Assembly: GCA_905206805.1 (NCBI GenBank)
Contig: CAJLIR010000006.1
Location: 2,999 to 66,998, forward strand
From: an uncultured Bacillales bacterium
GTDB lineage: Bacteria > Bacillota_I > Bacilli_A > RF39 > UBA660
DNA: 64,000 nucleotides
Reading direction: 5' to 3'
The position numbers and the translations under genes are program-made. Positions within the stretch are counted from its first letter, which is position 1; each line of letters starts with the position of its first letter. Shown here one piece after another: positions 48,153 to 58,467 of this stretch. The notes beneath the pieces were generated by a model that did no database searches, had not been told where the DNA came from, and worked only from the letters and a program-made list of their open reading frames with translations.

Positions 48153-48929
48153 ATGAAAAAAATTATTTTTGCAGTATGTTGTTTAATTATTTTTATCATT
48201 TTAATTTTAAAAAATGTTTCATTTGGAATAACTGATTTTATTGACAAAAAAAATGACTTAATTATAAAAATTCCTAAAACATATATAAATAAAATTGAGA
48301 ATAAAGAAGGTGTAATTGTACTTAAAACAATTAAGAGTAAAAGAATTTTGAAGAATGATATGGATAAAATTATTGAAAGTTTAGAAAAAAAGATGTGTAA
48401 TCAAAAAGATGTATATTATGATATAGCAAACAATATAAAAATAACTGGTTATGAAATTAAGTCAAAAAATTTAATCAATTATTTGTATATTAATTATTCT
48501 AAAGAAGATTATGATGCATATAACTGTCAGAAAATAACATATCCAGAATTAATAAAGTATGTAGTACGTTCTCAGGCAAATAATCAATGCGTATTAGTTA
48601 ATGGATATAAGTATAAAAATGAAGATGGAAATTTATATAATGTTTATCTTGATTGTATTGGTAGTATTTTAATACAAAATGGTGCAGGTTATATGACTCA
48701 TTTACAATCTTTACTTTATTCTAATTTAATTGATATGAATGATATTTTAAATTTTTTTGAATATCAGTTTGAGATAAATAATGGTACTAAAGAAACAATA
48801 GATAATAATGGTACCGTTTTATATAAAACAAATTATTTTTCATTACTTAAATGTAATACACTTGATGGTAATAAGGATATATATATGGGTAATGAAAATT
48901 TTGTTTATAAAAGTGATTATTGTAAATAG
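48153..48929 (+). CDS. hypothetical secreted protein (258 aa)
   Basis: N-terminal signal/anchor; no recognisable domain. Confidence 0.45.
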   Translation: MKKIIFAVCCLIIFIILILKNVSFGITDFIDKKNDLIIKIPKTYINKIENKEGVIVLKTIKSKRILKNDMDKIIESLEKKMCNQKDVYYDIANNIKITGYEIKSKNLINYLYINYSKEDYDAYNCQKITYPELIKYVVRSQANNQCVLVNGYKYKNEDGNLYNVYLDCIGSILIQNGAGYMTHLQSLLYSNLIDMNDILNFFEYQFEINNGTKETIDNNGTVLYKTNYFSLLKCNTLDGNKDIYMGNENFVYKSDYCK

Positions 48930-49027
48930 TTTTATATTAATGTATCAGATGAAATAAAAAATTCTATAAATTTACAAATATATTCATATATATACAATTT
49001 TTTCATAATTTTTAATAGAGGTGGATT

Positions 49028-50182
49028 ATGAAAAAAATATTATGTATTATATTATGCTTTTGTATGTTTTTACCATTTTCAATAAAGGCTGATGAAGTTG
49101 ATTTAGCACCTAATGCAGGAAGTGCAGTTTTAATGGAATTTGAAACAGGTGAAATAATTTTTGAAAAAAATTCTCACGAGAAATTGCACCCAGCATCAAT
49201 GACAAAAATTATGTCTATGTTAATAATTATGGAACATATTGATAAAGGTTTAATTGGTTGGGATGATGTAGTAACAGCAAGTGAGAATGCATCTGGTATG
49301 GGAGGCTCACAAATTTTACTTGAAACTGGCGAAAAAATGAAAGTTAGTGATTTATTTAAGGGAATTGCGGTTGCAAGCGGAAATGACGCTGTTGTAGCGA
49401 TGTCGGAGTATATAGCAGGTACTGAAGAAGCATTTGTTAAAATGATGAATGAAAAAGTTAAAGAACTAGGTTTAAACGATACAAACTTTAAAAATGTACA
49501 CGGATTAGATGATGCTAATCACTATTCGAGTGCTTATGATATGGCTATGATGGCTAGAGAATTAATAAAACATAAAACTGTTTTAAAATATACATCTATT
49601 TATGAAGATTATTTAAGAAAAGGAACTGATAAAGAATTTTGGCTTGTTAATACAAATAAATTAGTAAGATTTTATGATGGAGCGGATGGACTTAAAACAG
49701 GATATACAAAAGAGGCTGGATATTGTCTTACTGCAACAGCAACAAAAAATAATATGCGACTTATTGCAGTAGCAATGAATGAACCAGATAGTAAAACAAG
49801 AAATGCAGAAGTAACATCTATGCTCGATTATGGATTTGCTCAATATTCAACAGAAACTTTATTATCTACTGAAAGTGTTTTAGATAAAGCTTTAGTTGAT
49901 AAAGGCAAAAAAGAATATGTAGAAATAATACCAACAGAAAATATTACTTTCTTAAATAAAAAAACAGAAGAAAAAAAGAATGCCTCATACGAAATTAAGT
50001 TAAATAAATTATCTGCACCATTAAAAAAAGGTGATGTAGTAGGGACATTAATTGTAAAATTTGATGATAATAATCAAAAGTGTGTAGATATAACAATAAA
50101 AGAAGATGTAGACAAATGCAATATTTTTGAATTATTTATTAGATATTTATGTGATGTATTAAGTGGGAATATAAAATTCTAA
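49028..50182 (+). CDS. dacF: serine-type D-alanyl-D-alanine carboxypeptidase (peptidase S11, PBP5/DacF-like)
   Basis: Signal peptide; SMTKIM (SxxK) active-site motif, SGN motif, KTG motif (LKTGYT); 384 aa. The dacF assignment rests on the spore-former context and is tentative. Confidence 0.85.
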   Translation: MKKILCIILCFCMFLPFSIKADEVDLAPNAGSAVLMEFETGEIIFEKNSHEKLHPASMTKIMSMLIIMEHIDKGLIGWDDVVTASENASGMGGSQILLETGEKMKVSDLFKGIAVASGNDAVVAMSEYIAGTEEAFVKMMNEKVKELGLNDTNFKNVHGLDDANHYSSAYDMAMMARELIKHKTVLKYTSIYEDYLRKGTDKEFWLVNTNKLVRFYDGADGLKTGYTKEAGYCLTATATKNNMRLIAVAMNEPDSKTRNAEVTSMLDYGFAQYSTETLLSTESVLDKALVDKGKKEYVEIIPTENITFLNKKTEEKKNASYEIKLNKLSAPLKKGDVVGTLIVKFDDNNQKCVDITIKEDVDKCNIFELFIRYLCDVLSGNIKF

Positions 50183-50212
50183 GGATTATCACAATTGGTA
50201 ATTCTTTTTTAT
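50183..50212 (+). terminator. terminator-like hairpin plus T-run after dacF; variant of the repeated intergenic element
   Basis: GGATTATCAC-aatt-GGTAATTC followed by TTTTTT; related to the elements at 55634, 56928 and 58468. Confidence 0.35.
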
Positions 50213-50288
50213 TATTAAAATTTTATAAATTTCACCCAATAGTTAATTCTATTTTATAAATGCATAATATAAGATAGGAGGGTAAAAT

Positions 50289-51416
50289 ATGTATAATAAT
50301 TGTAACTGTAATGATGATTATGAAAGAATAAAAAAACGTATAGATGAGGAAAGCAAAAAATATAAACAATGTTATATACAAGGTCCACCTGGACCAAAAG
50401 GAGAACAGGGAATTAAAGGAGATCCAGGTCCAGCTACTATCAGAGTAGGTAGTACAGAAACTGTAGAATCTAGTGAACCCGCTTTAGTAATAAATACTGG
50501 TACGAAAGAAGACGTAATTTTAGATTTTAAAATACCAAAAGGTGATAAAGGAGATAAAGGAGAACAAGGTATTCAAGGAATGCAGGGACCAAAAGGAGAA
50601 CAGGGGGATAAAGGTGATATTGGTTTAAAAGGTGATAAGGGTGAAAAGGGAGAACCAGGACCAACTACTATCAGAGTAGGTAGTACGGAAACAGTGGAAT
50701 CTGGTGAATCCGCTTTAGTAATAAATGCTGGTACAAAAGATGACATAATTTTAAATTTTAAAATACCAAAAGGTGATAAAGGAGATAAGGGAGATTCAGG
50801 TCCTAGAGGACTTCCTGGAGAAATAGGCAGAACTGAACATATAGCAATAGACGAAACTGAAACTCTTGAACCAGGTGAACCTGCTCAAGTTATGGATACT
50901 TTTGAAAATTGGGTTCATCACTTATCATTTCTTATACCAAAAGGAGAAAAAGGTGATTTAGGTCCTGTAGGACCTCAGGGACCTACGGGGCAATCATTTG
51001 TATCTTCGTATGGAATTAGATATTCAATGACTGATACTCAGCTCAATTTACCACAGGCAACTGATACTGTAATTCCTTTACCAGAAAAGGGCATTTCATT
51101 TTTTACAGAGTATCCTGATGATAATTCAATCAAGATAAAAGAAAGTGGAGTTTATTTGGTATCATATTTATTATGTGCTGCAACTAATGAAGAATGTTCT
51201 ATAACAATGTCGGTTAGAGCAAATGATATACTTCAACCTGCAACAAGTGCTACTAGTGAGTTTCAAGCACAGTTGATAAATAATATAAGTGGGTCAACAA
51301 TTATATCATTACAAACAAATGATCTTATAACACTGAATGTAAAATCTTCTAAGAATGTTAACATGAAGTTTAATGGTAGTACTAATGCAATGTTGAGTAT
51401 TATTAAAATTCATTAA
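50289..51416 (+). CDS. BclA-like collagen-repeat exosporium/surface glycoprotein (interrupted Gly-X-Y triple-helix region plus C-terminal TNF/C1q-like domain)
   Basis: Cys-rich N-terminus (NCNCNDDYERIKKRIDEESKKYKQCYIQ). Multiple GxxGxx runs (GPPGPKGEQGIKGDPGP) interrupted by repeated roughly 45-aa non-collagen modules (TIRVGSTETVESxEPALVINxGTKxDxILxFKIPKGDKGDKG). C-terminal roughly 130 aa follows the BclA C-domain pattern (ESGVYLVSY...NAMLSIIKI). Confidence 0.75.
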   Translation: MYNNCNCNDDYERIKKRIDEESKKYKQCYIQGPPGPKGEQGIKGDPGPATIRVGSTETVESSEPALVINTGTKEDVILDFKIPKGDKGDKGEQGIQGMQGPKGEQGDKGDIGLKGDKGEKGEPGPTTIRVGSTETVESGESALVINAGTKDDIILNFKIPKGDKGDKGDSGPRGLPGEIGRTEHIAIDETETLEPGEPAQVMDTFENWVHHLSFLIPKGEKGDLGPVGPQGPTGQSFVSSYGIRYSMTDTQLNLPQATDTVIPLPEKGISFFTEYPDDNSIKIKESGVYLVSYLLCAATNEECSITMSVRANDILQPATSATSEFQAQLINNISGSTIISLQTNDLITLNVKSSKNVNMKFNGSTNAMLSIIKIH

Positions 51417-51516
51417 TAAATTTTAATCAAGTAATTGTTACTTGATTTTTTTTGTTATATATTAATTAAGTCCTTTTTTATGTATTTAATATATTATAAT
51501 AAAGGAAAGTGAAAAT

Positions 51517-53376
51517 ATGAAAATAATAGATAATAAAACAGTAGTTGTAACCAATAGTGAAGAATTAAAAACTGCTTTAAGTGGAGATAATGAATATGTT
51601 TATATTTATTTTGGTAATGATATAACACTTGAAAGTGGTTTTGTAATTAATTCTAATAAAGAAAAAGTAATTATAGATGGAACATACCAAAATCATAAAT
51701 ATACATATTATAATTATTTATCAGAAAATAATGATGTTATAATAGCAAATTCTGATAATAAAGTAATAACAGTAAAAAATTTAGTTATAAAATCTTCACA
51801 TACTCTAGGTGTTATTTATGTTTCTGATAATGAAATTTATGAAAATGTTAAAGTTGTATATAGTAATATTCAATTTAATGGTATAAAGTTATCAAATAAT
51901 TTATATGGTACTACTAAGATTTTAGACAGTAGCATAACTATAGAAGATATAAATAATATCAAAGCTCAAAGTGTATGTGATTGCAATAAAATTGAAATAG
52001 GTGGTCAGACTACTTTTGATACTCCTAACACTGCCTTTTTATATCAACATACTATAGAACCATCTAAGTTTACTATACTTACAAATAGTAAGGTAAATTT
52101 AAATACATTGAATGCTTTTTTCAATGGTACACCAAGATTAGATTTTAAAATATTACATAATTCGGAATTTAATTTGACTACTGGTAATGGATTTGCACAA
52201 ACAATTAATAATGGTTGCAAAAACGTTTTAATAGATGAATATTCTACATTTAATTTTATTGAAAATAATCATCAAAGAATACCAATGTGGAATGTATATG
52301 GTGATTTTATTGTTAATAATTATGCTAGTTTATTCATAATAAATAGTTTTGATTCTACTCCTGCAGATAATTATAATATATATTTTAAGGGTACTAATCA
52401 AAATTTAGTTTTAAATAATCCTAAGAGTATCATTATTTATACAAAAAATGCAAATATTCTATATACTGAAAATCCAGTAAATTTTTCATTTGAATTCAAT
52501 AGATTAAATATGTGGATTAATTCTAAGAATATTACAACAGCTGGTAGTATTGATAATTTACCTGATTATTCTTGGTATAAAGTTGATACACTATCACAAG
52601 TTAAAGGTGTATTTTATAAAACTACAACAACAATAACAGAAACAAATTATACTGAACAAGAAAAAAATAAATTACCTGATTTATCTAATTTTATCTTTCA
52701 AAATAGAAAACAATTTTCAATTGGAATGATAAAAAATAATATTCATCCAATTGACAGTAATTCTACTAAAATATCAGGACATACAATGCCACATACTGAT
52801 GTTTTAATCTCTTATGATAGTATATATGAAATAGTAACTTCGGATGTTGATGGATTATTTGAATATATTTTGTTAGACGATATTCAGGATGGAACTAATA
52901 TAACAATTGTTTTTTGTAAACCAACAAGTTTTGTTTATGATACTAGGTTAATTGTAACACCATTTGAAGGAGAAATTACACTTTTAAATTCAACTGAAGT
53001 AGTGACATTTGATAAAATTCCAATATCAACTAATCCTATTATTTTAGGAAAGAAAAAAAATACTACAATTACAGTTATTGATAGTAGAAAAAATGGTACG
53101 GAATTTAATTTATATCTTAATTATGTAAATCCTATGATGACAATAGATGGAAAAGTATTAATTGATTCTTTAATATTTAAAAAATTTGATGACGAAATAA
53201 TTACGTTAAGAAATGAACCTAAATTAATTTATCAAGGAAAAAAAACAAATAATCAAGTAAACATAGAAAATATTACATTTTCAACTGATAAAGGTTTATT
53301 ATTAAGATTAGACGATGATAAGTATAATTTAAAAGATGAATTTGTAACTAAATTTATATGGACAATAGAATTATAA
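51517..53376 (+). CDS. hypothetical Asn-rich protein, possibly a right-handed beta-helix fold
   Basis: 619 aa; N-terminal TVVVTNSEELKTAL...YIYFGNDITL...IIDGT, then many short V.I.N-type beta-strand repeats; weak assignment. Confidence 0.4.
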   Translation: MKIIDNKTVVVTNSEELKTALSGDNEYVYIYFGNDITLESGFVINSNKEKVIIDGTYQNHKYTYYNYLSENNDVIIANSDNKVITVKNLVIKSSHTLGVIYVSDNEIYENVKVVYSNIQFNGIKLSNNLYGTTKILDSSITIEDINNIKAQSVCDCNKIEIGGQTTFDTPNTAFLYQHTIEPSKFTILTNSKVNLNTLNAFFNGTPRLDFKILHNSEFNLTTGNGFAQTINNGCKNVLIDEYSTFNFIENNHQRIPMWNVYGDFIVNNYASLFIINSFDSTPADNYNIYFKGTNQNLVLNNPKSIIIYTKNANILYTENPVNFSFEFNRLNMWINSKNITTAGSIDNLPDYSWYKVDTLSQVKGVFYKTTTTITETNYTEQEKNKLPDLSNFIFQNRKQFSIGMIKNNIHPIDSNSTKISGHTMPHTDVLISYDSIYEIVTSDVDGLFEYILLDDIQDGTNITIVFCKPTSFVYDTRLIVTPFEGEITLLNSTEVVTFDKIPISTNPIILGKKKNTTITVIDSRKNGTEFNLYLNYVNPMMTIDGKVLIDSLIFKKFDDEIITLRNEPKLIYQGKKTNNQVNIENITFSTDKGLLLRLDDDKYNLKDEFVTKFIWTIEL

Positions 53377-53439
53377 AAACTGCATATATTTTTAATATAT
53401 TAAATTTATACATATAAATATATCATAATGAGGTGATTT

Positions 53440-53787
53440 ATGGATAAAGATTATATTTATGTGAAATTAATGTCTAGTAACAATGTTTGTATTAATAAAA
53501 TACAGTTTGTATTAAAAGATGTTTATAATAATATAGTTTTTAATGGAATAACTGATAATTATGGAGGTATTGAATTACCTATAAATAATAAAAATATTTA
53601 TAAATTATTAATATATTCTGGAGTTGGATTAATTCAAATACCAATATATGCTTTAAAAAATGCAAGATATTGTATATGTATTAATGAAGAAAAAAATAAT
53701 AAGAAGAAAAATAATAAAATGTTATTATTTGATTCTAATTATCCAGAAATTAAAATAAAGAAAGGAGAGATAATTTTATGGCAATAA
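53440..53787 (+). CDS. hypothetical protein (115 aa)
   Basis: ORF with a GAGGTG RBS; no recognisable domain. Confidence 0.35.
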   Translation: MDKDYIYVKLMSSNNVCINKIQFVLKDVYNNIVFNGITDNYGGIELPINNKNIYKLLIYSGVGLIQIPIYALKNARYCICINEEKNNKKKNNKMLLFDSNYPEIKIKKGEIILWQ

Positions 53788-54329
53788 AACATAGAATTCC
53801 AATAACTAATGGACTTGGAAGTTTAGAGGTTGTTAATGGACGATATAATGTAACGGCTGAAGTACCTGGATATGACAATTCAACTTTAACTCCTAAAAGC
53901 ATAGAAATAGTAGATGGTGTTGAAACGTATGCTTTTACAATTTCTGCTACTGGAACTCTTACAATTAATGTAACAGATACAGGAAGTTCAACTACTGGTG
54001 TACAAATAGTTGGAGCTAAATTTGTAAGAACTGATTATCAAGGAAATGAAATAGGTGTTGAAGCTATAACTGATTCAGATGGTAATGCGAAATTTTTGAA
54101 TGTGCCATTTTCTGCAAATAATAGTTTAAAAATATATTTTAAGCAAGTAACTAGTGATGGGAAACATACGTTTAGTGAAGAAGTGAGAAATATAGAAATG
54201 AAAATGAATGAAGAAACTATTGAAATCGCAAATCCATTAGCTCCACTTAAAAAATTTACATTATCAGATTCAAATTTTGTAAATATACTTATTGATGATG
54301 GCGATTTATATATTGAAGAAAACGGTTAG
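53778..54329 (+). CDS. hypothetical beta-rich protein (183 aa)
   Basis: Overlaps the upstream ORF by 10 nt (coupled); Thr/Gly/Val-rich Ig-like composition. Confidence 0.4.
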   Translation: MAIKHRIPITNGLGSLEVVNGRYNVTAEVPGYDNSTLTPKSIEIVDGVETYAFTISATGTLTINVTDTGSSTTGVQIVGAKFVRTDYQGNEIGVEAITDSDGNAKFLNVPFSANNSLKIYFKQVTSDGKHTFSEEVRNIEMKMNEETIEIANPLAPLKKFTLSDSNFVNILIDDGDLYIEENG

Positions 54330-54415
54330 AAAAAACCTAATTTAATAAATTTTTATGAATAAAAAAATTATATATATTTTATTGTTATATAAATTTAATT
54401 AGGAAGGAGAATGTT

Positions 54416-55525
54416 ATGAATAATAATTCCTGTAATTGTAATTATAATGATAATTATGAGAAAATAAAAAAACGAATAGAAGAAGAAAGTAAAAAATATA
54501 AAATGTGTTATATACAAGGACCGACTGGTCCTAGAGGTGATATTGGACCAACTGGACCAAAAGGAGAAGATGGTCCAACAACAATTGAAGTTGGTACAAC
54601 AGAAACAGGTGAACCTAATACTGAGGCTATCGTAAAAAATGTTGGCACAAATAAAAATGTTATTTTAAATTTTGTAATACCTAAAGGAGTTACTGGTGAT
54701 AATGGTGATAAAATTATTATTGGCAAAACGGAAACATTAGATGCTAATGCTAAAGCAAAAGTTATTGATACTTTAGTTGGAAATGTTCATACACTAGATT
54801 TTTATATACCACAAGGGTTTGATGGTATAAATGGCGCTGTAGGTCCTAAAGGAGAAACTGGGAAAAGTGAAGGGATTAAAGTTATTAATACAAAAACAAT
54901 TTCCCCAGGCACAGAAGCAGAAGTTACTGATGATTTTGATGGTGATACACATTATTTGACATTTTCTATTCCAAAAGGAGAAAAAGGTGAACAAGGAGTT
55001 GCTGGTGAAAGGGGAGAAAGAGGAATAGCAGGCCCAGTTGGACCAGCCGGTTTGCAGGGAGAAGTAGGTCCAACAGGTCCAATGGGTCCAGCAGGGACTT
55101 CTTCACTTGATGCATTTGCATTTCTTTATGAAGATAATGGAAATTCTTATTCTTTAACACCAAATACACCAAATCAAATTGATTTAGGTCAAACTTCTCA
55201 AATTAAAAATGTTGATACAACTTTTACAAATACAATTAAAATACAAAATACAGGAGTATATAAAATTGATTATTTTTTTGAGGCCAAAGCTTCTGCTAAT
55301 GCAAATGTATCATTAGAAGTTAGAAAAGAAAATATCACAGTAAATGGTACAAAAATAACAAAAGAAGTAAATAATCAAAATTATGTTAGTTTTACTGGAA
55401 GTATAATTACAGTGTTAAATAAAAATGATAAAATTGATTTAGCATTATCATCGACAGTAAGTGTTACATTAACTCCAAATGATGATACTAGTTCTTACCT
55501 AAGTGTTATAAAGATAGATAATTAA
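54416..55525 (+). CDS. BclA-like collagen-repeat protein, paralogue of 50289-51416
   Basis: Same Cys-rich N-terminus ([51 protein letters not shown]); interrupted Gly-X-Y runs with non-collagen inserts; [22 protein letters not shown] block; C-terminal beta-rich domain. Confidence 0.75.
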   Translation: MNNNSCNCNYNDNYEKIKKRIEEESKKYKMCYIQGPTGPRGDIGPTGPKGEDGPTTIEVGTTETGEPNTEAIVKNVGTNKNVILNFVIPKGVTGDNGDKIIIGKTETLDANAKAKVIDTLVGNVHTLDFYIPQGFDGINGAVGPKGETGKSEGIKVINTKTISPGTEAEVTDDFDGDTHYLTFSIPKGEKGEQGVAGERGERGIAGPVGPAGLQGEVGPTGPMGPAGTSSLDAFAFLYEDNGNSYSLTPNTPNQIDLGQTSQIKNVDTTFTNTIKIQNTGVYKIDYFFEAKASANANVSLEVRKENITVNGTKITKEVNNQNYVSFTGSIITVLNKNDKIDLALSSTVSVTLTPNDDTSSYLSVIKIDN

Positions 55526-55633
55526 TTTTCTTTTAAATTATTAAAATAATTAATAAAAAATAAGATATATAAAAAATTGTTAGAATAAACATAAAAATTA
55601 ATGATTGATAGTAAAATTAAATATTATTTAGAT

Positions 55634-55668
55634 TTTAAGGGTTATCGAATGATAATTCTTTTTGTATA
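55634..55668 (+). terminator. repeated terminator-like element, copy A (TTTTAAGGGTTATCGAATGATAATTCTTTTT)
   Basis: GGGTTATC / GATAATTC stem (two G-U wobbles), GAAT loop and T-run; downstream of the collagen-like gene. Confidence 0.45.
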
Positions 55669-55726
55669 GTTAAATGTTAAATTTTACTATATATAATTTT
55701 TAGTGTATAATTATATTGGTGATAGT

Positions 55727-56908
55727 ATGGAAAAGTATCTTGAAGATTTGAATTATTTAATTAAAATGTTAGAATGTAATCATTTAGATATTTATTTTAA
55801 TGTATCTAAATCTGATTTGAATAATTATATTAATTATATAAAAGAAAATATTTTAATTAATAATGATTATCAATTTATGTATATTATAAAAAAAGTTATT
55901 AAAAAATTAAGTGGAATATATGACTCTCATACTAGGGCTATGTTTCAAAATAATAAATTATTACCAATAAAAATCAAAGTAATTAAAGATAAGGTATATA
56001 TAATAAAAACATTAGATGAATATAAAAATATTTGTTATAGTGAAATTACTCATATTAATGGAATAAGTATGAATAACCTAATTAGTGAATTGGAAGAAAC
56101 AATTTCTTATTCTACTAGGGAATGGTTAATAAAAAATATTCAGGATGATTTAATTAAAATTAATAGTTTAAAGATGTTACCAAGTATTGGTGATGCTTAT
56201 TCTATTGATTTGACAATCAAAAAAAATAATAATATTAATAGTATTAAATTCGATTGTAATAAAGATTATCAAAAAATAACAAATGATGATAAAAACTATA
56301 CATTTGAAATAATAGATGATGTTTTAAAAATAAATTATACAAGTTGTATTGAAAAGAAAAAAAATCAAATGTTAGATTTTATTAATGATATAAATACGAA
56401 TGTAAATAATAGAATTATTAATGATGTTGTTGTTGATTTACGTGGTAATGTGGGTGGTAATGATACTATAATAAAACCCTTACTTGAATATTTAAAAAAT
56501 AATTTTACTAATATTTATTTGTTACAAGATGGTGGTATATTTTCTGGTGGCAGATTTGCTTTGTTTGATTTAAAAAATATTGGAAGTTGTACAATAGGCA
56601 CAAATATAGGAACTCAGGCAAATTGTTTTGGAAATTTAAAAAAGTTTAATGATAAAAGTTATTTTGAACTTCCAAATACAAAATTTAAAATTACTTGTTC
56701 AACTAAATTTTATTATTTAGATAATGGTTTAATAAAGTTTACTTCTGATAAAAAAGAACTATCGATTTTAAAGAGAAATAAAAAAATTTTAGAACCAATA
56801 TATTTTGAACCTGATTATTATGTAGAAGAGGATATAAATGATTATGAACAGGGTATTGATTCGTATATGGAACAGTTTAAAGAAATAAAAAATTTAAAAA
56901 TTAAATAA
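55727..56908 (+). CDS. hypothetical protein with a possible S41 (C-terminal processing peptidase)-like domain
   Basis: VVVDLRGNVGGN resembles the S41 DLRxNxGG motif; weak, single-motif assignment; start chosen at the ATG at 55727 after GGTGATAG. Confidence 0.4.
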   Translation: MEKYLEDLNYLIKMLECNHLDIYFNVSKSDLNNYINYIKENILINNDYQFMYIIKKVIKKLSGIYDSHTRAMFQNNKLLPIKIKVIKDKVYIIKTLDEYKNICYSEITHINGISMNNLISELEETISYSTREWLIKNIQDDLIKINSLKMLPSIGDAYSIDLTIKKNNNINSIKFDCNKDYQKITNDDKNYTFEIIDDVLKINYTSCIEKKKNQMLDFINDINTNVNNRIINDVVVDLRGNVGGNDTIIKPLLEYLKNNFTNIYLLQDGGIFSGGRFALFDLKNIGSCTIGTNIGTQANCFGNLKKFNDKSYFELPNTKFKITCSTKFYYLDNGLIKFTSDKKELSILKRNKKILEPIYFEPDYYVEEDINDYEQGIDSYMEQFKEIKNLKIK

Positions 56909-56927
56909 AAGATTATTAAAAAGTTAA

Positions 56928-56994
56928 AATCAAATAATTAAAATGTTTATTTAAAATTTTAAGGGTTATCGAATGATAATTCTTTTTTGTATAC
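56928..56994 (+). terminator. repeated intergenic element, copy B (conserved 35-nt leader plus terminator hairpin and T-run)
   Basis: AATCAAATAATTAAAATGTTTATTTAAAATTTTAAGGGTTATCGAATGATAATTCTTTTTT; about 90% identical to 58468-58530. Confidence 0.5.
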
Positions 56995-57155
56995 AAATGA
57001 TGTAATATTTAGTATTTGAGATCATTATTTTTTGATAGAATTATTTCATATCGTTTGTAATATTAAATTATTTATAAATATTTGATTTTTAATTAGAAAA
57101 AATATAAAATATAATAGATACGATTTATAAATTTTTATTTAGGGAGGTAGAAAAA

Positions 57156-57455
57156 ATGAATATGCAAGAAATGCAAAAAGAAATATGGCAAAATAAAATA
57201 AATAAGGGATTTAATACAACAGATGTTAATAAAGAATTTTGTTTATTATATGGAGAAGTGGCAGAGGCTTATGATGCTTATAGGAAAAAGAAAGATGATT
57301 TAAATGAGGAACTTGCTGATATTGCTATATATTTAATGGGGCTTTCTCAAATGCTAGGTTATGATTTAGAAACTGAAATAATAAAAAAAGTAAAAAAGAA
57401 TAAAACTAGAGTATATAAAAATATTGATGGGGTAAACACGAGAATTAGTGATTAA
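57156..57455 (+). CDS. MazG-like nucleotide pyrophosphohydrolase (small all-alpha NTP-PPase)
   Basis: EFCLLYGEVAEAYDAYRKKKDDLNEELADIAIYLMGLSQMLGYDLE matches the MazG/NTP-PPase EExxE...ELxD signature; GGGAGG RBS. Confidence 0.65.
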   Translation: MNMQEMQKEIWQNKINKGFNTTDVNKEFCLLYGEVAEAYDAYRKKKDDLNEELADIAIYLMGLSQMLGYDLETEIIKKVKKNKTRVYKNIDGVNTRISD

Positions 57456-57472
57456 TAAATTTAATTGATTTG

Positions 57473-57590
57473 CTATTGCAAGTGGAAATGATGTGGCGGT
57501 AACCAAAAAGCAGTCGCTAGTTACAGGAGAGGAAATAATAATATAATTACATATAAACCTTATGTTTTAAAGTATTATTGTAATTCTTTC
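57473..57590. repeat. imperfect direct repeat, about 118 bp, copy 2
   Basis: About 88% identical to 47183-47300, including the short dacF-derived GNDV codons and the shared tail. Confidence 0.7.
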
Positions 57591-57672
57591 ATTGATTGAA
57601 TAGTTAGCTAATTTATGAATTTAAAAAATGGAAAAATGCATAGGTAACTAAAAATAAAGGAAATGAAATTAA

Positions 57673-58467
57673 GTGAAAATTTTAAGTTACAATATATATG
57701 GTGTTAAAAACACAACATATCCAATACCTAAGTGGGAAATAAGGCAAAAAAATATAAAAAGGATCTTAAATAATCTACTAAAAGATATTGAAATAAAGGT
57801 ATGTTGTTTTCAAGAGGTAAATGAAAATAACATAGAATCATTACATGAAATATTAAATCATAATAATTTTAAAATGTTAGAAAAATTTCCAATGAAAACA
57901 GAATCATATAATCAATACAATATAGTTGCAATTAGAAATGAAGATTCAATAAAGGTGAATTTTGTATATTGTTTGCCACATGGAAAAGACATAGAATATA
58001 AAAAAGTCGAAGAACAAAAAATTGATTATAATATGAGTGATTATAGAACAACCATATTTGTAAATTTTGAATATAATAATAAAAACTATCTTGTAGGAGA
58101 TATTCATACAGATTATATATCTACAAATGGAAAAATAAAAGGAACTGTTAAATCACTAAATTACATGGATACAATAAAATGTGATTATAAATTAATTATT
58201 GGAGATATGAATATGGTTTCACATATGTCCGAAGTCTATAATATTTTAAAACAAAATAATAACTATACTACTATTTCGAGAAATAATATTTTTCACATAT
58301 CTGATAATTCATGGCAAGGATATGGAACAAAGGAACAAGTTAATGTTGATTTTGCCTTTATAGAAAAAAAGATGATAAAAAATTACAATTATGAAATTAT
58401 AAAACAAGATAATATGATGAATGAGGGATCAGATCATAGGCCCGTTGTATTAACTATTAAAGAATAA
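57673..58467 (+). CDS. endonuclease/exonuclease/phosphatase (EEP)-family protein; GTG start
   Basis: N-terminal ILSYNIYG, CFQEV, C-terminal GSDHRPVVL, the typical EEP catalytic motifs; AAAGGAAAT RBS 7 nt before the GTG. Confidence 0.7.
   Translation: MKILSYNIYGVKNTTYPIPKWEIRQKNIKRILNNLLKDIEIKVCCFQEVNENNIESLHEILNHNNFKMLEKFPMKTESYNQYNIVAIRNEDSIKVNFVYCLPHGKDIEYKKVEEQKIDYNMSDYRTTIFVNFEYNNKNYLVGDIHTDYISTNGKIKGTVKSLNYMDTIKCDYKLIIGDMNMVSHMSEVYNILKQNNNYTTISRNNIFHISDNSWQGYGTKEQVNVDFAFIEKKMIKNYNYEIIKQDNMMNEGSDHRPVVLTIKE

Noticed and set aside
46992-49843. Small reverse-strand ORFs 46992-47219, 47610-47792, 47726-47938, 49661-49843 and 20055-20303
   Set aside because: Antisense to the dacF fragment, the RepA_N gene, dacF and the secreted-protein genes; no RBS; spurious.
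54508-55172. Reverse-strand ORFs within the second collagen-like gene (54508-54726, 54794-54994, 54966-55172) and 60115-60324 within the ABC gene
   Set aside because: Antisense to the collagen Gly-X-Y repeats and the ABC ATPase domain; the repeat composition creates open antisense frames.
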